The notes beneath the pieces were generated by a model that was given only the letters and a program-made list of their open reading frames with translations, did no database searches and had not been told where the DNA came from. This document shows, one piece after another, positions 25,191 through 38,800 of a DNA stretch of 64,000 nucleotides. The DNA comes from Catajapyx aquilonaris (Eukaryota), in the NCBI GenBank assembly GCA_000934665.2, contig KZ538081.1:62001-126000 (forward strand). The letters run 5' to 3'. The position numbers and the translations under genes are program-made. The first letter of the stretch is position 1. The number at the start of each line of letters is the position of its first letter.

Positions 25191-25754
25191 TATATAATTT
25201 TTGTCTCAGTATGTTATTTTTTATATTCTGTCTCAGTCAATGCTATTCATTTGGTACATATATTATTTTTTTGTCTGCAGTGTAAATCGCAAAGCATTAA
25301 AAGAGGATATCACTACTGCATCTCCCATGGAGCATTTGTAATGCTCTTGCAATGCTCTTGCATGAGCGACTCACGTTCAGTAGTGATGTTCTTGTAATGG
25401 TTTGTGGTGATGCTTTGCGCTTTACAGTGTAGTTATTTTTATGCTCTCATACATTCAATGTCAAACATTTGTGTACACATACTATTGTTGTCTAATTATT
25501 TTTATATTTATACTATCATGTGTTACTCAATTACATAAAAGTAAAAAAGAAAAAAAAGGAAAAAGAAAAAAAGAAAAAAGAAAAGATCGATAGAAAAAGA
25601 GAAAAAAATGTAAGAAAAAAAGATAAACAAAATAGTAAAAAAAGACCAAAAAAGAAAAAAATATAAAAAGAAGAAAGGGTAATTTGTAAATTGAATGTAA
25701 AACATTTTTGTACCCATGTTCTTTTTGTTTAATTATTTTTTCTCCCACCATATT

Positions 25755-26081
25755 TGTGACCGAACGGGGTTCAAAAACGTGAGAGGGCGAAAAGGTACGT
25801 GGGTAAAAGTACGACGACAAGATACGAGATATGTGTCCTCCATATATTTACGTCAAAAGACATAACCAGCCAGAGTTAAGTGAACAAATACAAGAGGGGA
25901 ATGGTGAAAGGTGAACATAAAGGAGTAGCGACCAGTGGCCCCCGCCTGGGCAGGGGACCAACAGGTCACGAGGCATGGGAGAGTATGGACTTATATATGG
26001 GTTTGCAATGCATTCTGGGGAGGTTGATGTCCAGGTACATTATGGTACAAAATGAACAATGGTCGAAATAAAACTGTCACA
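25755..26081 (-). mobile_element. Probable solo LTR (327 bp)
   Basis: TGTGAC...GTCACA termini, 4-bp TSD TATT on both sides, TATA-like tatataag on the minus strand at ~25990, GC-richer than flanks. Confidence 0.7.
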
Positions 26082-26200
26082 TATTCAATGCTACATGATT
26101 TTTTTGTCTTGTTATTTTTATGATGTCACATTCAATGTCAAACATTTTCATACACATTCTTTTTGTCTAATTTTTTTTTTTTACTTCATCATGTATAATA

Positions 26201-26446
26201 CATTGGTTCCCAACCTGTGGGTCGTGACCACCAAGGGGGTCGCAGAGCCTTTTCCATGACATCGGCACGGTGGCCATGGTAATTTTTACTTGCAATAAAT
26301 TTCATAGGAAATTTTACCACGAAGGATGATTTAATGTTTTAATATGTCTACACTTCATGAAATCTTTTACTAATACTGGGGAGGGTTGGAGGTGACATGA
26401 CTAACATGAAAGGGGGTCGCCACACGAAAAATGTTGGGAACCACTG
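26201..26446. mobile_element. hAT (Charlie-like) MITE
   Basis: cattggttcccaacct...tgttgggaaccactg TIRs with subterminal ggggtcgc motifs; degenerate TSD. Confidence 0.75.
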
Positions 26447-27776
26447 ATATAATCAATAATGCTCTTCACCTGGTAGAGAAATTGTTTTTTGTCTACACTG
26501 TGAACCACAAACTATTCAAAAAGCGTCACTTACGTTTATGAAGAAGCCAAAGCAACTATGGGTATCTGGCCATATAAGAATAAGATGCAAAGGTGGGACA
26601 GATGGAGAGGATACGAAGAGAGAAGAAAGAAGAGAGGAACGACTGGCATCTCTCTTAGTCTGTCTCCTATCCCAAAGTACTTGGGTAGTAGACTTAGCTA
26701 CCACCGGCATAGCTCTTCGGGTCATGGAAGAAACGCAATCAGCGGCACCACGACAAGGTGAAGATACCATCGGGAGGATTACCACTGACTGTTAGTAAGG
26801 CCCTGCCCACATATCATAACATGCCGTCCTGTGAGCCGTGATGTTTACGACTATGATGGTGGCGATGACGGTCCCAACCCTTGTATATTGCCAGCCCATC
26901 CTCATCTTCCTCGTCTCTGCTTTTATCCTCTGCCCTCCTCTACCCCTCCGAGCCAGCAGATCCAGCACGGCGATGGAAGTCCAGCCACTCCTGCACCCTC
27001 GCTGGCAACTCAATTCAGACCAGCAGCAAAGGGATATCCCATGGTGCTTCACCTGACAGCCCCGAGACGGATCGCGCCCAAAACTATATGGTCCTGCAGT
27101 CAGGTGACGAAGCCTGGATCCATGTAAATCTCCAGAACTCTTCCGTCTAGAACTACAGAGACATGTTAGCTTTCATAGAAAAAAACGTTAAACAGGAATG
27201 TCCCTTCAGTCTTTTCCAGGATATGTCTCAAGCCCGTCCTAATGACCAGTTGACGACATGGGCTTCCAAACCAGTCCTCTCAACACCCTTGGAGGAGAGA
27301 CGGCAGATCAGGAGGCACTGGGTCTTCCCCTTAGGCCTATGGAAGATGCAGCTGGAATCCCCTAACAGCAATGTGGTGACGGCAGGCCAGGGGACGGTTC
27401 TCGGGTCCAGGGGCCCTGTTACCACCACCCTGTTACAAAGAATACACAATTGCCTACCAGTAGGCTTTCACGGTAGGTCTCTGTTGACCACCAACTTCGT
27501 ACGCATGTTGGGAACATTCATTTGGTGAATTTGGGAGCCACTTTCGCAGCAATTTGAACATTGCTGGTTGAATTTTAGGAGGAGGGGATTACCAGCCACC
27601 TGTCCTAACAAGCGGCTCATGGATGTTGGGCTTATGTCCACTTGGGGGCGATCCACTGACTGCAGATGTCGGAGCCATCCAATACCTAAGGCGAACTGGC
27701 CCCACAGACACTGCCTGGTAACTACTGTAATTACTGTTGTGATGGACGAAGTGACGGATTCATAAGGGCTATGCGG

Positions 27777-27917
27777 CTGGAAGGCAGCAGAATCGTTGTC
27801 AAAAATTGAAGGGCCACCCCGAATAATGTTGCATAAGTGATAATTGTAGCCAATGTCACTTACAACATTATTAGGGGTGGCCCTTCAATTTTTGACAATA
27901 ATTCTGCTGCCTTCCAG
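27777..27917. repeat. Near-perfect ~140-bp palindrome (probable MITE)
   Basis: ctggaaggcagcagaat..tgtcaaaaattgaagggccacccc is mirrored by ggggtggcccttcaatttttgaca..attctgctgccttccag. Confidence 0.8.
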
Positions 27918-27982
27918 ATCCAATTACCATATGGGCACGCTACGCTGGGCGGTTGCCCGGGGGCCCCACGTTCATTTACATA

Positions 27983-28518
27983 AAGTAAAATTTCCATAAG
28001 TCGAATCTCCATGGGACCGGAAAAAAACTTCCGAGTTATAGAAGTTTGGATTATTTAAAGCACAGAACTCTGTAAGGAAAGCTACCTTTATATCCAGAGA
28101 CGAAAGGGGTTCAAAACTTAAAAATAACTGTCATTATCACAATGTTCCTCGTGGTTTTGTTGCAAAAAAGTTTCAGTTACGGACATTTGCCTACTCTTCG
28201 ATTCAAGAATTCAATTGTCACAATCGAGTCAAACACTTCTTTCGGTACGTCTGGTATAGACAGAGATCAGGAAATTGAGCCTTCCTGTGCATGTGGCCTA
28301 CTCTCGACCCTTCGGCTGGGAAATAAGATAATTTTCCGTACTTGCCAACATGAATTTCGACTTTGGGAGACTGAAAATGCTTTGATATCCCACCGTAAGG
28401 CCCTGCCATCACTTCGAGTTATAGAAATCCGAGTCTATTATTTTACGTTGTGACCAACCAAGCTCGTCATTTTATTCGACTTACACTTAGGCAAGTTCGA
28501 CTTATAGAAGTTTTACTG
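27983..28518. mobile_element. pogo/Tigger-like MITE
   Basis: agtaaaatttccataagtcgaa...ttcgacttatagaagttttactg followed by TA, with internal cgagttatagaa repeats. Confidence 0.6.
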
Positions 28519-28586
28519 TATGTTGCGACTTGCTGTAAACCTCCCTAGTTTCAAAGAATGGTAAAAAATAGAAATGTGGAAGTATA

Positions 28587-28782
28587 CAGGGTGTCTAAAA
28601 CTTTTTTTGTCCAAACAGTTATCGGAAAAGCCTATGTATCTTCTAGCTATGTATTCCTGGCCCATCCCTCAACTGATAAAGCCAGGGAATCATCACTGGT
28701 TGCAAGTCACTGCTAAAAATAAGAACACAGCTTAGCACAATATTTCTGATAATTGTTCGGACAAAAAAGTTGAGACACCCTG
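28587..28782. mobile_element. Tc1/mariner-type MITE (CAGGGTG termini); similar ends at ~60305-60402
   Basis: ta|cagggtgtct..actttttt.gtcc.aaca.ttatc is mirrored by gataattgttcggacaaaaaagttgagacaccctg. Confidence 0.7.
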
Positions 28783-29596
28783 CATGTTTTAATGTCATTG
28801 GGTGGGATTTTCATCTTACTGCTAGCTTAGCAGTACCATTGCCAACCCTGGCACTGCTAAGTTAGCAGTATCTAACAGTCGAAAATTCCACCCATAGGGT
28901 ATTAATTGTACGTTTTCATATGTATAGCTGAGCTGCGACAACACATACGGACGTAAAAGGTTTCAAGATTGTATCAGTGGTAGTTAAGTAATCATCAGAT
29001 TTTGCTCATCCCACACAACGCAAATGTCCTCGGATCCTCCCGCTGAGGTCGCTCAAATCCCACATTCATCCCGGATTATCGGGACATCCGCAGTATGACT
29101 GAGGGATGAAGTCCTAGGGAGGTCCCCCACATGGACCGTCCCTAACCCGTTCTCATCCCGGACGATAGGGACGTCACAGTCTTTCATCCCTACGACGTAC
29201 TGCGGACGTCCTTCACAGAGTATCCTAGGACCATCCCGCAAGTCCCGTTCTCTTCATTTGTGCCAACAATAATCCTATGACGCAAGATAGCAGCACTGTT
29301 TTTTTTTAAATAATTAAACTTGATTTCGTTGATCGTTGAATTTTAAGCACGGTGTGATGTGATCCTGACCTTATTAGTACAGGTTATGCAGAGTTTTACA
29401 AAAAGAAGTAATATTTAATTGAACATATGATTACACCAAATGGACAGTGCCCGAGACACAAAAATTACACTGTTGAAAAGACACTGTTTGTCGCACAATT
29501 AAATCCGAGTCTTCTGGCTTCACAACTGAAGCACAATAGCATCGCTTGCATTTTCCACTTGAAAATTTCGCAAGCCTGCAGCGCACAGCAGCGATC

Positions 29597-30306
29597 TCAC
29601 TTTTTGATCTCGTCTGTGTTGATCCCGTACTTGCTCTTGACCTTGTCCAGCTCCTCCCGCTTCTTGTCCTGGTCCATACGCTTGAAAGCTTTGTTGGCCT
29701 GAAATTAAAAGTCCATTGTTAAATACCAGAAAAGTGCAAACTTGCATTAGATAGCTGCAATCATTTTTTTACCTGGTAGTAGAGCACCACAAGGTAGCGA
29801 TTGCAGACATTGAATCCCGAGAGGTGATCGCAAGCATTCTTGGCGTCAAATATATCTTCGTACACCACAAACGCCGTTCCTTTAGTCTCAGGCGTGTTGC
29901 CCCTGCAATTATTCATCATTAATATGCAATCCAATCTGTGTACACCGCATTAACTTACACTCGGATCTGACGTATGGCTCCGTACTTCCCGAAGATGTCG
30001 TACATCTCCTCCCCAGTTATCTTGTACGGAAGGTTCCGTACGTACAGGATCCGGTTTACCTCAGGCGGTAGCCGCACCTTGTTAACATAAAAAAAGGGAA
30101 CACAAAAGTTGCATTACTTACAGAACATTACCTATGCATTTTTAAATTGTTATCAGCAGCAAGTCAACGTACACCAAATTGGGGGGGTTCAAAATGTGCT
30201 GATTCTAATGGCGCAATTGAATTCCCAATTAATGCGCCGAATAAGGCTGTAAATTAACAATTTAAATATGGAACACACTTACGTTTGTTCTACGTTGCAT
30301 CGCCAT
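29597..30306 (-). CDS. SF3B6: Splicing factor 3B subunit 6 (p14/SF3B14), 124 aa
   Basis: Exons 30306-30283, 30077-29959, 29902-29773, 29698-29597 give [96 protein letters not shown]..., matching the recalled p14 RRM. Confidence 0.97.
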
Positions 30307-30766
30307 CTTGAACGCACTCAGTGTTGCCAACAGCAAATTGGAACGATAGTTTTTTTGCAATGACTGCGAAATTTAACTAGCAAAAAAATGTGATGGTTAA
30401 TATTAAACTGATGTCATTACAACGAATTAAATGTATGTTGTTGTTAAATATGGCTCAAATTTGGCAAACTTTTGTTGGTAATCAATACAATGGGTTGGTA
30501 GTTCCGAATTTAGTCGATCGATGGAGCTGAGAGCGCCAAGCTGGTTGTGACATCTGGCGGGCTTATTACGTACTAGAAAATACGCGCGCGAATTCAAAAT
30601 TTCAGGTTGCCACAATAATTATTATAATATTTAATAACTCACAAATTGTAAAGTACAATATATTTGGCACAGGAGACGGCACATTATATCGGTCCTGCAT
30701 AATTTACAGGTGAGCTTGTTACACATTTATGTACGGTAATCGTATGCATAAATTACAGGCATAATA

Positions 30767-31145
30767 TTTTTTATTATTATTATTATTTATTTATTTATTA
30801 TTATTTTTTATTTTTTATTTATTTATTTATTGTACCCCGTTGGGAGTTAATTTCCATTAGGGGGGTGGAATTACCACCATTTGGGTGGAACTGGTGTACT
30901 GTGTGATAGTACTTAGTGTGTTCCAAGGGTAGGTAGGAGGGGATGTGCAAAGTGCGTGTGCACAGACGTTGTATTTGCCGTTTTGTGAACTCCCCCGGGT
31001 GGCTTATGTGCAAGGATCGCCACCCGAAACGAAGCCAGAGACGGTCTCACTCTGCACGAAAGAAGGTGGGACCCCGGGTGGGGATTGAACCCGGGACCTT
31101 AACTTCCGTGGGCGCACGCGTTACCACGGCGCCACTCCGTCTCCC
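30767..31145 (-). mobile_element. Full-length tRNA-derived SINE
   Basis: Minus-strand head with A box (TGGCGCCGTGG) and B box (GGTTCAATCCC), unrelated body, (AATA/AAT)n tail, and a perfect 14-bp TSD ttacaggcataata at 30753-30766 and 31146-31159. Confidence 0.9.
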
Positions 31146-31226
31146 TTACAGGCATAATAATTATTAATTAACAAATTATGTTGTCACTGTTGCAACAAAT
31201 GCTCAAAGACGTCTGCTTTACATAAT

Positions 31227-32047
31227 AATTATCACAAAAACTAATTCCCTACGGAATTGTAAAAAAAAAAAAAAAGTAAGATCCAAGTAACGGATAGAAA
31301 TGACTGAAACAAGACTGGGCTGCGTAAGATCTTCAACCTTACTTCCGCATTTTACACAATAATAATTAGATTTGTATAATGGTGATGATCAAAGCGTCTT
31401 TGTCCATCAGCCATCCTAATGCTAATAAGCCAATATGTGGACCATCTACTCTGTAAATCGATGAACAAATTAATTAATTCAAGGATTATATTTATCCTTT
31501 ATCCTTATTAAATATATTATATATTGTATTATATATGATATTATATATGATATTACATATTATATTACATTACATATTATATATTGTATTGTATATTATA
31601 TTGTATTATATATGATATTACATATATTACATTACATATTATATATTGTATTGTATTGTATATTATATTATATTATTATATGTGAATTATTATAATGTGA
31701 AACATTTAACCTCCCAGCCACTCAGTTAATCGATGAACCAATTAATAATTTTTTTATTTTTATCGTTTATTCTTATTATCATATTATTATTTTATTATTA
31801 TATTATATTGTTATTATAAGCATTAAATAATCCCAAATTGCACAGAACAAAGACGCTTTGATCATCACCATGATACAAATCTAATTATTATTGTGTAAAA
31901 TGCGGAAGTAAGATCTCTGGGTTGCATTTATCCATAAGGTTGAAGATCTTACGCAGCCCAGTCTTGTTTCAGTCATTTCTATCCGTTACTTGGATCTTAC
32001 TTTTCTTTTTTTTACAATTCCATAGGGAATTAGTTTTTGTGATAATT
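31227..32047. repeat. Long inverted repeat (foldback) with AT-rich microsatellite spacer
   Basis: 31227-31403 is near-identical to the reverse complement of 31847-32047; the spacer is tatat/attac repeats. Confidence 0.85.
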
Positions 32048-32105
32048 GCAGCTATTTTTTGACAAAGCAACCTGAACATGCAGTTATTCATAGGATGGTA
32101 TAGAG

Positions 32106-32414
32106 CCGAGGTTCCCAAATTTTTTGAGTAGCGGAGCACTTTTCAGCAGAGATATTCGTGACGGAGCACTAACGTCATCGACGGCGTAAGCATAAAAAAA
32201 TTCTGAGGGGGGGGGGGGGNGGGCGCCAAATGAGTAAATGGGAAAGCGAGGGACAAAAGGGCGCCGCAGGCGAAAAAAAATTGGGATCAAGGTCAAGGAT
32301 CTACTGAAAGATTTAAATGGGTATATAGCTTATTGAAGAATTAATTCCATTTCTCCCCACCCTCTTCGTGGAGCACTTGGAGAAGCTTCGTGGAGCACAG
32401 TTTGGGAAACTCTG
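32106..32414. mobile_element. hAT MITE
   Basis: ccgaggttcccaaa...tttgggaaactctg, subterminal ggagcac repeats, 8-bp TSD gtatagag/gtgtagag. Confidence 0.8.
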
Positions 32415-34163
32415 GTGTAGAGGGAGGAGCGGATACCTACATCTTGGGCGGGGAGAAGATTTTCTTGGTCGGTTTTATTAAGGTTCGTACACAGTTGAGA
32501 GGAGAGTGGGGATAGAGTTTATGGAGATGTTGAGGTGGCAGGCAGGATTGTCAGGAAGTGTTGAGAGTCTCAACGGCTTTTGTCATATAAGTTCTGGACC
32601 TAGAAAAGGCATGGTGGGAATTGTCCTGGTACAGAGAGAGGAGCGGATCATTACCTCTTGGGCGTTGGAATGATTTTTTTTTTGGCAGGGGTTAAGATTC
32701 GTACCCAGTTGAGAGGAGAGAGATGATTAAATTTCTGATTAGTTTTATCTTGTGAAAGATGGCTGCTTAGTTGGTTGCTTGGTTAATTTCTTTCCGACCA
32801 AATTTCATTGTCACAAGTCCCTTCTTCATGACATCTGTCTAAGTTCTCAAATGTATGAGGTGGACACAAGTCTCCTCAAAATACTACTCTAGTATTGCAG
32901 GGACAAGAAATAAGATCATGGCTTCTCTCATCATCCTGGTACATGATGGTGAGAGAAAAGGAAGAAAGTCGGTTATTGGGAGTGAGAATAACACTAAAGT
33001 CATATATCATACGGGCGTCGTATGCCTATGTGGTAAGTGGTTGCCGTTCGAATCAGCGGGAGGAGAAAGGGGGCAACACCAAAGTCTAACTGGTTGGGCT
33101 ACGTATACCGGCAAGGACGAACCGCAGGGGTTTACGAAGCCTGCGTGAATTATAAATGCATTAACTTACCAAAATCAAGATAGTTTCAGTTTAGTTAGTT
33201 TAAGTGGTTGAAGGGTGCAGGAGGACTGATGACACGAAGATCGAATGGAATTCATACGAACATGATAGAGTTATCGTATCTAAGACAAATTCAATAATAT
33301 TTGATGGTTGGCAACAACACAGTCATAATCGAGTCACTCAACTGTTGACCTAAGGAGGATACCGTGGAAACTGAATGAAATATAACAAGTTGAATGAATT
33401 TAATGTTTATTTAATAATAATGTAATGAAAATAAGGTAAAGCATATATTTATTTAAGCAGTTAGCGTACGTAATTCCGCATAAAGTGTAGAGATGATATT
33501 TACACAAAATAATATTCTAAATAATGTGTGACTGTTGTCACACATGGATTCCAGTTGCACGCATTGCTGCTCATAATGAATTATTCACTTATAATTTTAT
33601 TTCGGGTCCTTGGGTTTTTTTGTGTAGGGGATCGGACACTGCAGCACGTCGGGCCGGATACGCGTTCAAAATATGAAGGCTGTACTTGCAACGGTTTTTG
33701 AGATATGCTTGACAGAAAAACGTCCTCCCAACAACAAGAACAAGGAAAATTTTCATTGTTGTTTTTACACGAGAATCTTACTTATAGGGACTATCGTCCC
33801 TACAATTATTGTATTTTTTTTTCCACTGCTCCTTGAAGTCTTGTTATATCCATATTCAACTGTATATTGAACAGACAGCCCGATAAATTATATTACGTAC
33901 AATCTAAACACTTAAAACTGCAAACGAAATTATTAAACCTGGGCTGAACGATTTTTGAAAAGAAAATGAAACGACGAGCGCTATTCATAAGTACGTTCAT
34001 TGAATTCGACTAAAAATATAGCTAGTGACTCACAAAACTCGTAATTTTAAAGAGTACAAATCAGTCCCCAAGTTAGCTGAAAATCTGTAAAAATTATGTA
34101 AGTGAATACCCACCTAGGTACTCTTTACATTAAAGAGCGGATGACCTGTTGGCACAGTAATGA

Positions 34164-34503
34164 CAGGGAGCATATGCTACATAAGAGGCGCAAACATTCG
34201 ATTTTCGCGTCTCTCTGTTTGGGGCCGTTGCCAAGGCTGGCAGCCATCTTGAAGTGTGGGGAATGCCAACGAGGTATAAATAGGGTGCAAGCAAAAACAG
34301 GGCCCACCTTCTTTGATTCGCGCCTGTAGTTGCCATGGCTGCCAAAACCATCAAAGATGGCGGACCCTATTTTTGCCTGTACCCTATTTATCCCTCGTTG
34401 GCGTCCCCCACACTTCAAGATGGCCGCCAGCATTGGCAACGGCCCCAAACAGAGAGACGCGAAAATCGAATGTTTGCGCCTCTTATGTAGTATATGCTCC
34501 CTG
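34164..34503. mobile_element. Palindromic 340-bp non-autonomous DNA element with 7-bp TSD
   Basis: CAGGGAGCATA...TATGCTCCCTG with arms of ~160 bp; GTAATGA directly repeated on both flanks. Superfamily (P-like or hAT) uncertain. Confidence 0.85.
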
Positions 34504-35816
34504 GTAATGAGCTGAAAATTAACCGTTTTACTTACGCAATGCTAAATGAAAACCCCCCAGATAATAAAACTTCATAAAGATTACATAACCCTTGATTTAC
34601 TGGCAAAGGGTACACTCAAAGTGTTTATATATAACGAGCTTATTTGGGCTCAACTCTGTACACATTGCATACACGCACACACAACGCTAAATTCTACGGA
34701 ATTTTTTTTAAATTATTTGCCACATCTAATCACTGGTATAGTGGTGTTCATCAAATTATTATTTTTTCCTCATCGACATTTTTAGTTCCAATTCTGCGAA
34801 TAATAATTAGTTGTGTTGAGTAAATGAAATGTCACAGAAATAATAATTAAAAAAATTGAAAATTTGCCCCCATTCTCCTCCAGTCCGGGTAAATAATTTA
34901 ATTTCAGTACGAAATTTATATTTACAAGTGAAACATTCAGCACCACTTTTTTTTCAGTTTAAATCTATTAAAATTTACATCTTCTTTCCAACAACATTTT
35001 TTAAATCCCCCCCCACAAAACATCTCGCCCTTCTAAAGTAAATATTATATATATATATATTTTTAAAATTCCCTCTTTCAAACCAACAAGGGCAGAAGCT
35101 CGAGTGACTTAAAAAAAAAAAAAAACGTCCAATAATAATTGTTCCTGAAAAAAGTTCATTTGTACTTTGCTGGTAAGTGCAACGAATGCACTTTGCTCTC
35201 TCTCTCTCGTCACTCACTCGCACTCAAAAACATGTGAAACAACGACAGACACTGCGATTACAACTTGGCTGCCAGTAAAAGAATAGTAAAAGAATGAAGC
35301 TAAAATGAGTCGTACGCTCTTTGTTACTCTAAAAAAAATTATATAAATGGGTAAGTTTTTTTTTCTCTTTCTCTCTCTTCTTGCGGACAAAATATTTAAC
35401 CATCACAGGGTGCCCTATGCTACAAGTTTTTGTATACATGAAACGGGTATGAGATTTTATGTATATATTTATATATATAAAAAAAAGAAAACCTTTTTTT
35501 TTTGCTTTCTCAAGTGACACTTCAGCATACACCCGCACATATTTTTTTTGAGGATGGCACGAGTAGTGGGAGGGGGAGAAGATAAAAGTGTGTACGACAA
35601 ACAAATATAGAGTTACAGGCAATTTTCTTTTTTTCTTTTTTTTTTCAATTAAACTGAGCAACTTTCATGACTGATCCCTGCACAGCTCTAAAAATTGTTT
35701 TCGACTTGGTGTGCCCCCCAGGCTCGGATTCAAAAGCCGACTTGAAGGGAAAAGTGTTTTGAAGCACATCACGCACTCGCGGGCCTCACAACCGTGGTCC
35801 ATATCCGCTCCTTGCA

Positions 35817-38800
35817 TCAAATGTTCGTCTCGTACTGCATCTGGCACTGAGGTTGGTTCGATTCCTCCGTCTGCGGAGGGGTCTCATCGTCCGTGAAACT
35901 TATGCTGCCTGCCTTGTACCACACTGTGATGTCCATGAAGAAAGCGCACAGCATTATGGCCGCGGTTGTACCTGCAGGAGAAGCCAAAATTAAAAATAGT
36001 TACGCCGACATATTTGGAAAGAAACGATAATGAAATGACTGTAATTATCCGGTTGGAAAACACCAACTTTAAGCAGAACGAAGATATAAAAATTGCTGCA
36101 CCGACATGAAATCAACAGGCCATGAACTTACCGTGGAAGAACATACGGAAAACTCCGGAATCGTACAGCCCGCACGCACCTACTTCATTGCATCTGGTTT
36201 TCCACACGAGACACGCCGAATCCACCACAGCCCCGTAAATAATTGGACATGGAACGTTACCTGCAAAATACGGCAAAACTCATTATTCACGCTTTGGCAC
36301 CAATTAAAATAACAAGTGCTAGAACACCTGCACATTTAACATGAGAGGTTAGTCACTTATGATGTCATTCTTACACATAGACTGAACTCTGGTTAAAGTT
36401 CGACTGAAGTCCAGGTGAATTCAGACAAAATTACGGTACGACTGATGTGCACCGGAAGTCCAGAAAAAGTACTGTACGACTGAAGCAGACTTAAGTCCGT
36501 CGTACGCTACAAGTGTCACGTGACTAACCATTTGATTTTACATCATGTTTGCTACATAAATCATCAATTTTCTGTGACATATTCCGCTGCGCATACTCAC
36601 CAAAAAGTCCGATGGCAAACTGTATGAGACCGAGTGCCATGGCTTTATCCCTCGGATCGACGCACCTCAGTATGAGCAGCATCGATCCAACCTCGCAAGT
36701 GGAGTGAATGAGCACAAAGACCGAGAACAGGAGGAGGTACCACACCAAATTGGAGCATCCAAGCTCGCACAGTCCGATGGTCGCAGTCTGATCCACTCCG
36801 ATGCACTCACAGTCTGAGAACTCGTACAAGTCTGACGCGTTTTTCGACACGTTCCTACAACCGGCGTGACACGCACTGAAGTATGTCAGACCGTCAGTTC
36901 CGCATACGGGCGCAAACCTCTCGGTGTTGCAAGCACAAGTCGTGTTGCACGGCGGGTTGATGGCACGACCCTCTGGCGTTTCGACCAGCCCGGCGAAGTC
37001 GTCCAAAGGGCAACCTACGAACATCAGAAGCGCCATACCCATCGAGTACACCAGGGCCGTTAGGGCAATCCAAGCGGCCACGAATCGTGCGTTGGGCTTA
37101 GCACGGCGGATGTACACCCCTGATCCCAGTATCCCGATCCCCATGACCAGGATTCCTCCCACTCCGGAGATCATGTTGGCCTTGTGGGCTGTCAGTCGGA
37201 ACTGGGACTCGAGGTACTTGGGCAGGAACGTGTACAGACCCGCGATAGGGAGAATATGCAGGACTGAACTGGCCGTTCGGAGCATCAGCACCTGGTTGCC
37301 CAGCAGGCGTTTCACCGCCTTCGGGAAGTCTGCAAGCAATTGAGAGTACGCTGCAGTTGGCGTGTCACAGATAATAATTAGTAAGTGCGAACATTCCTTG
37401 TGAAATTAAGGCGGAACTTCCGTAACTCAAACTTGCAAATAATTTCGACTTGGGAATTAATGAGATACGGAGGCTCCAACGTCTTACAATATCGTTTCAA
37501 TGGATGAAATTAATCAGCACATAAATGCGACACCTTTCAAGGACGGATGCCTCTTCTGTATTCGAGCTGCCAACTGCGCCTGGGTCGGCCTTAGCTGCGT
37601 GGTGGGCAGCCTCGGAGGGAACGCAAACATTCCCAGCGACACTACCACCAAAAGGGCTGCGATTATGACCAGTCCGAGCCACCAGGCCCCGATCCATCTG
37701 GGGTCAGACGGAGTGATCCCAACATCCGTTGAGAGGTCAACGTACAGGGATGTGCAGAGAGATCCCAGGACAAACCCCATCATCGGACCCAGGATCCTCA
37801 CTCCAATCGTGATGGCTGCAATGGATGGAATATGTTAAATCTAGACGTACATCATGCGATGATGGACTCACCGAAGTAGAGTGGAGACTCCCGGCTTGCG
37901 ACGTTATCGTCGATGTACGGAATCCCCAGGGTGTACACAGCGGTTTGTCCCATTCCGACTCCTAAGAGGGACACGAAGAAGACGCTTAGCACAACCGTAG
38001 TCGTCTTCATCAAGCTTCCGTGTGAGTCGTCTTGGTTGCACGCTTCTGTTTGGTTGCGGAACATGGACGACAGCGACATATTTCCTGATGACATGCTGGA
38101 ATCGTAGTTGACGTTAAAGAAGGCATAATACACTGCGACGGACAAACTTACTTGAATAAAATGTCATGGTCATCCAAAAAGCAGAGATGGTCCACCCCGT
38201 CCATCCCGCCATACTCAGCCTTTGGAGCAAGATCCCGCCCGTACAAAAAGTGCGGGAGAGAACACGTGAATGACGAAAGTGCAAACAGCACCATACCCCA
38301 CCCGATCCACCTGGGCCGATGCCCCTGTCCACCGTAATAAGTCAACAAGAGTGAGCTACCGATTTGTCCGATCTCGGTTGCACTCATTATAATCCCAGTA
38401 GTCTTGGACTTGATCTGGAACAGCTTCTCGATGGTGGTGATGACACTCACGAAGTATGTGTAGTACATCCCTTGGAGGACACAAGTGATGCAGAACACGG
38501 CCAGAAACGCCTGCTTGCTGGCCGCCCTCTGCATCCACTGGGGTCCGCAGGGTCCAAGTCCGCACCGTTCGTCATCCCTCGGAGACACTTGTTGTCCCGA
38601 TGGATCCGGCGGCTGCGAGGAAGCCATAGGGACGAGCTCCATTGCTTGCGGTGCTGACAGTACAACCTCGCCGTTGTGCAGCCGGCCATTTGTGGACTCA
38701 CCTTTGGCCTGGATGACCGTAGCCGCCGTATCGTGGCCATCCAACAGAGCTTCTCGGACCTGCGGATAGAATTGTTAATGAATATCCGCTCTCGACGCAA

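Larger units (their letters stand above)
23760..26520. repeat. Degenerate AT-rich tandem repeat region with nested insertions
   Basis: Recurring tcacattcaatgtcaaacattttt...tttttgtctaattattttt...tcagtcaatgctactcatttggt and short cactgtaaa...tttacagtg inverted modules (e.g. 24391-24568). Confidence 0.65.

Noticed and set aside
31069..31145. Second tRNA gene
   Set aside because: Has A and B boxes but no proper cloverleaf; it is the head of a SINE with tail and TSD.
38133..38151. 19-nt OATP intron suggested by the ORF track
   Set aside because: Too short; the acceptor at 38096-38097 gives a 56-nt intron and keeps the frame.
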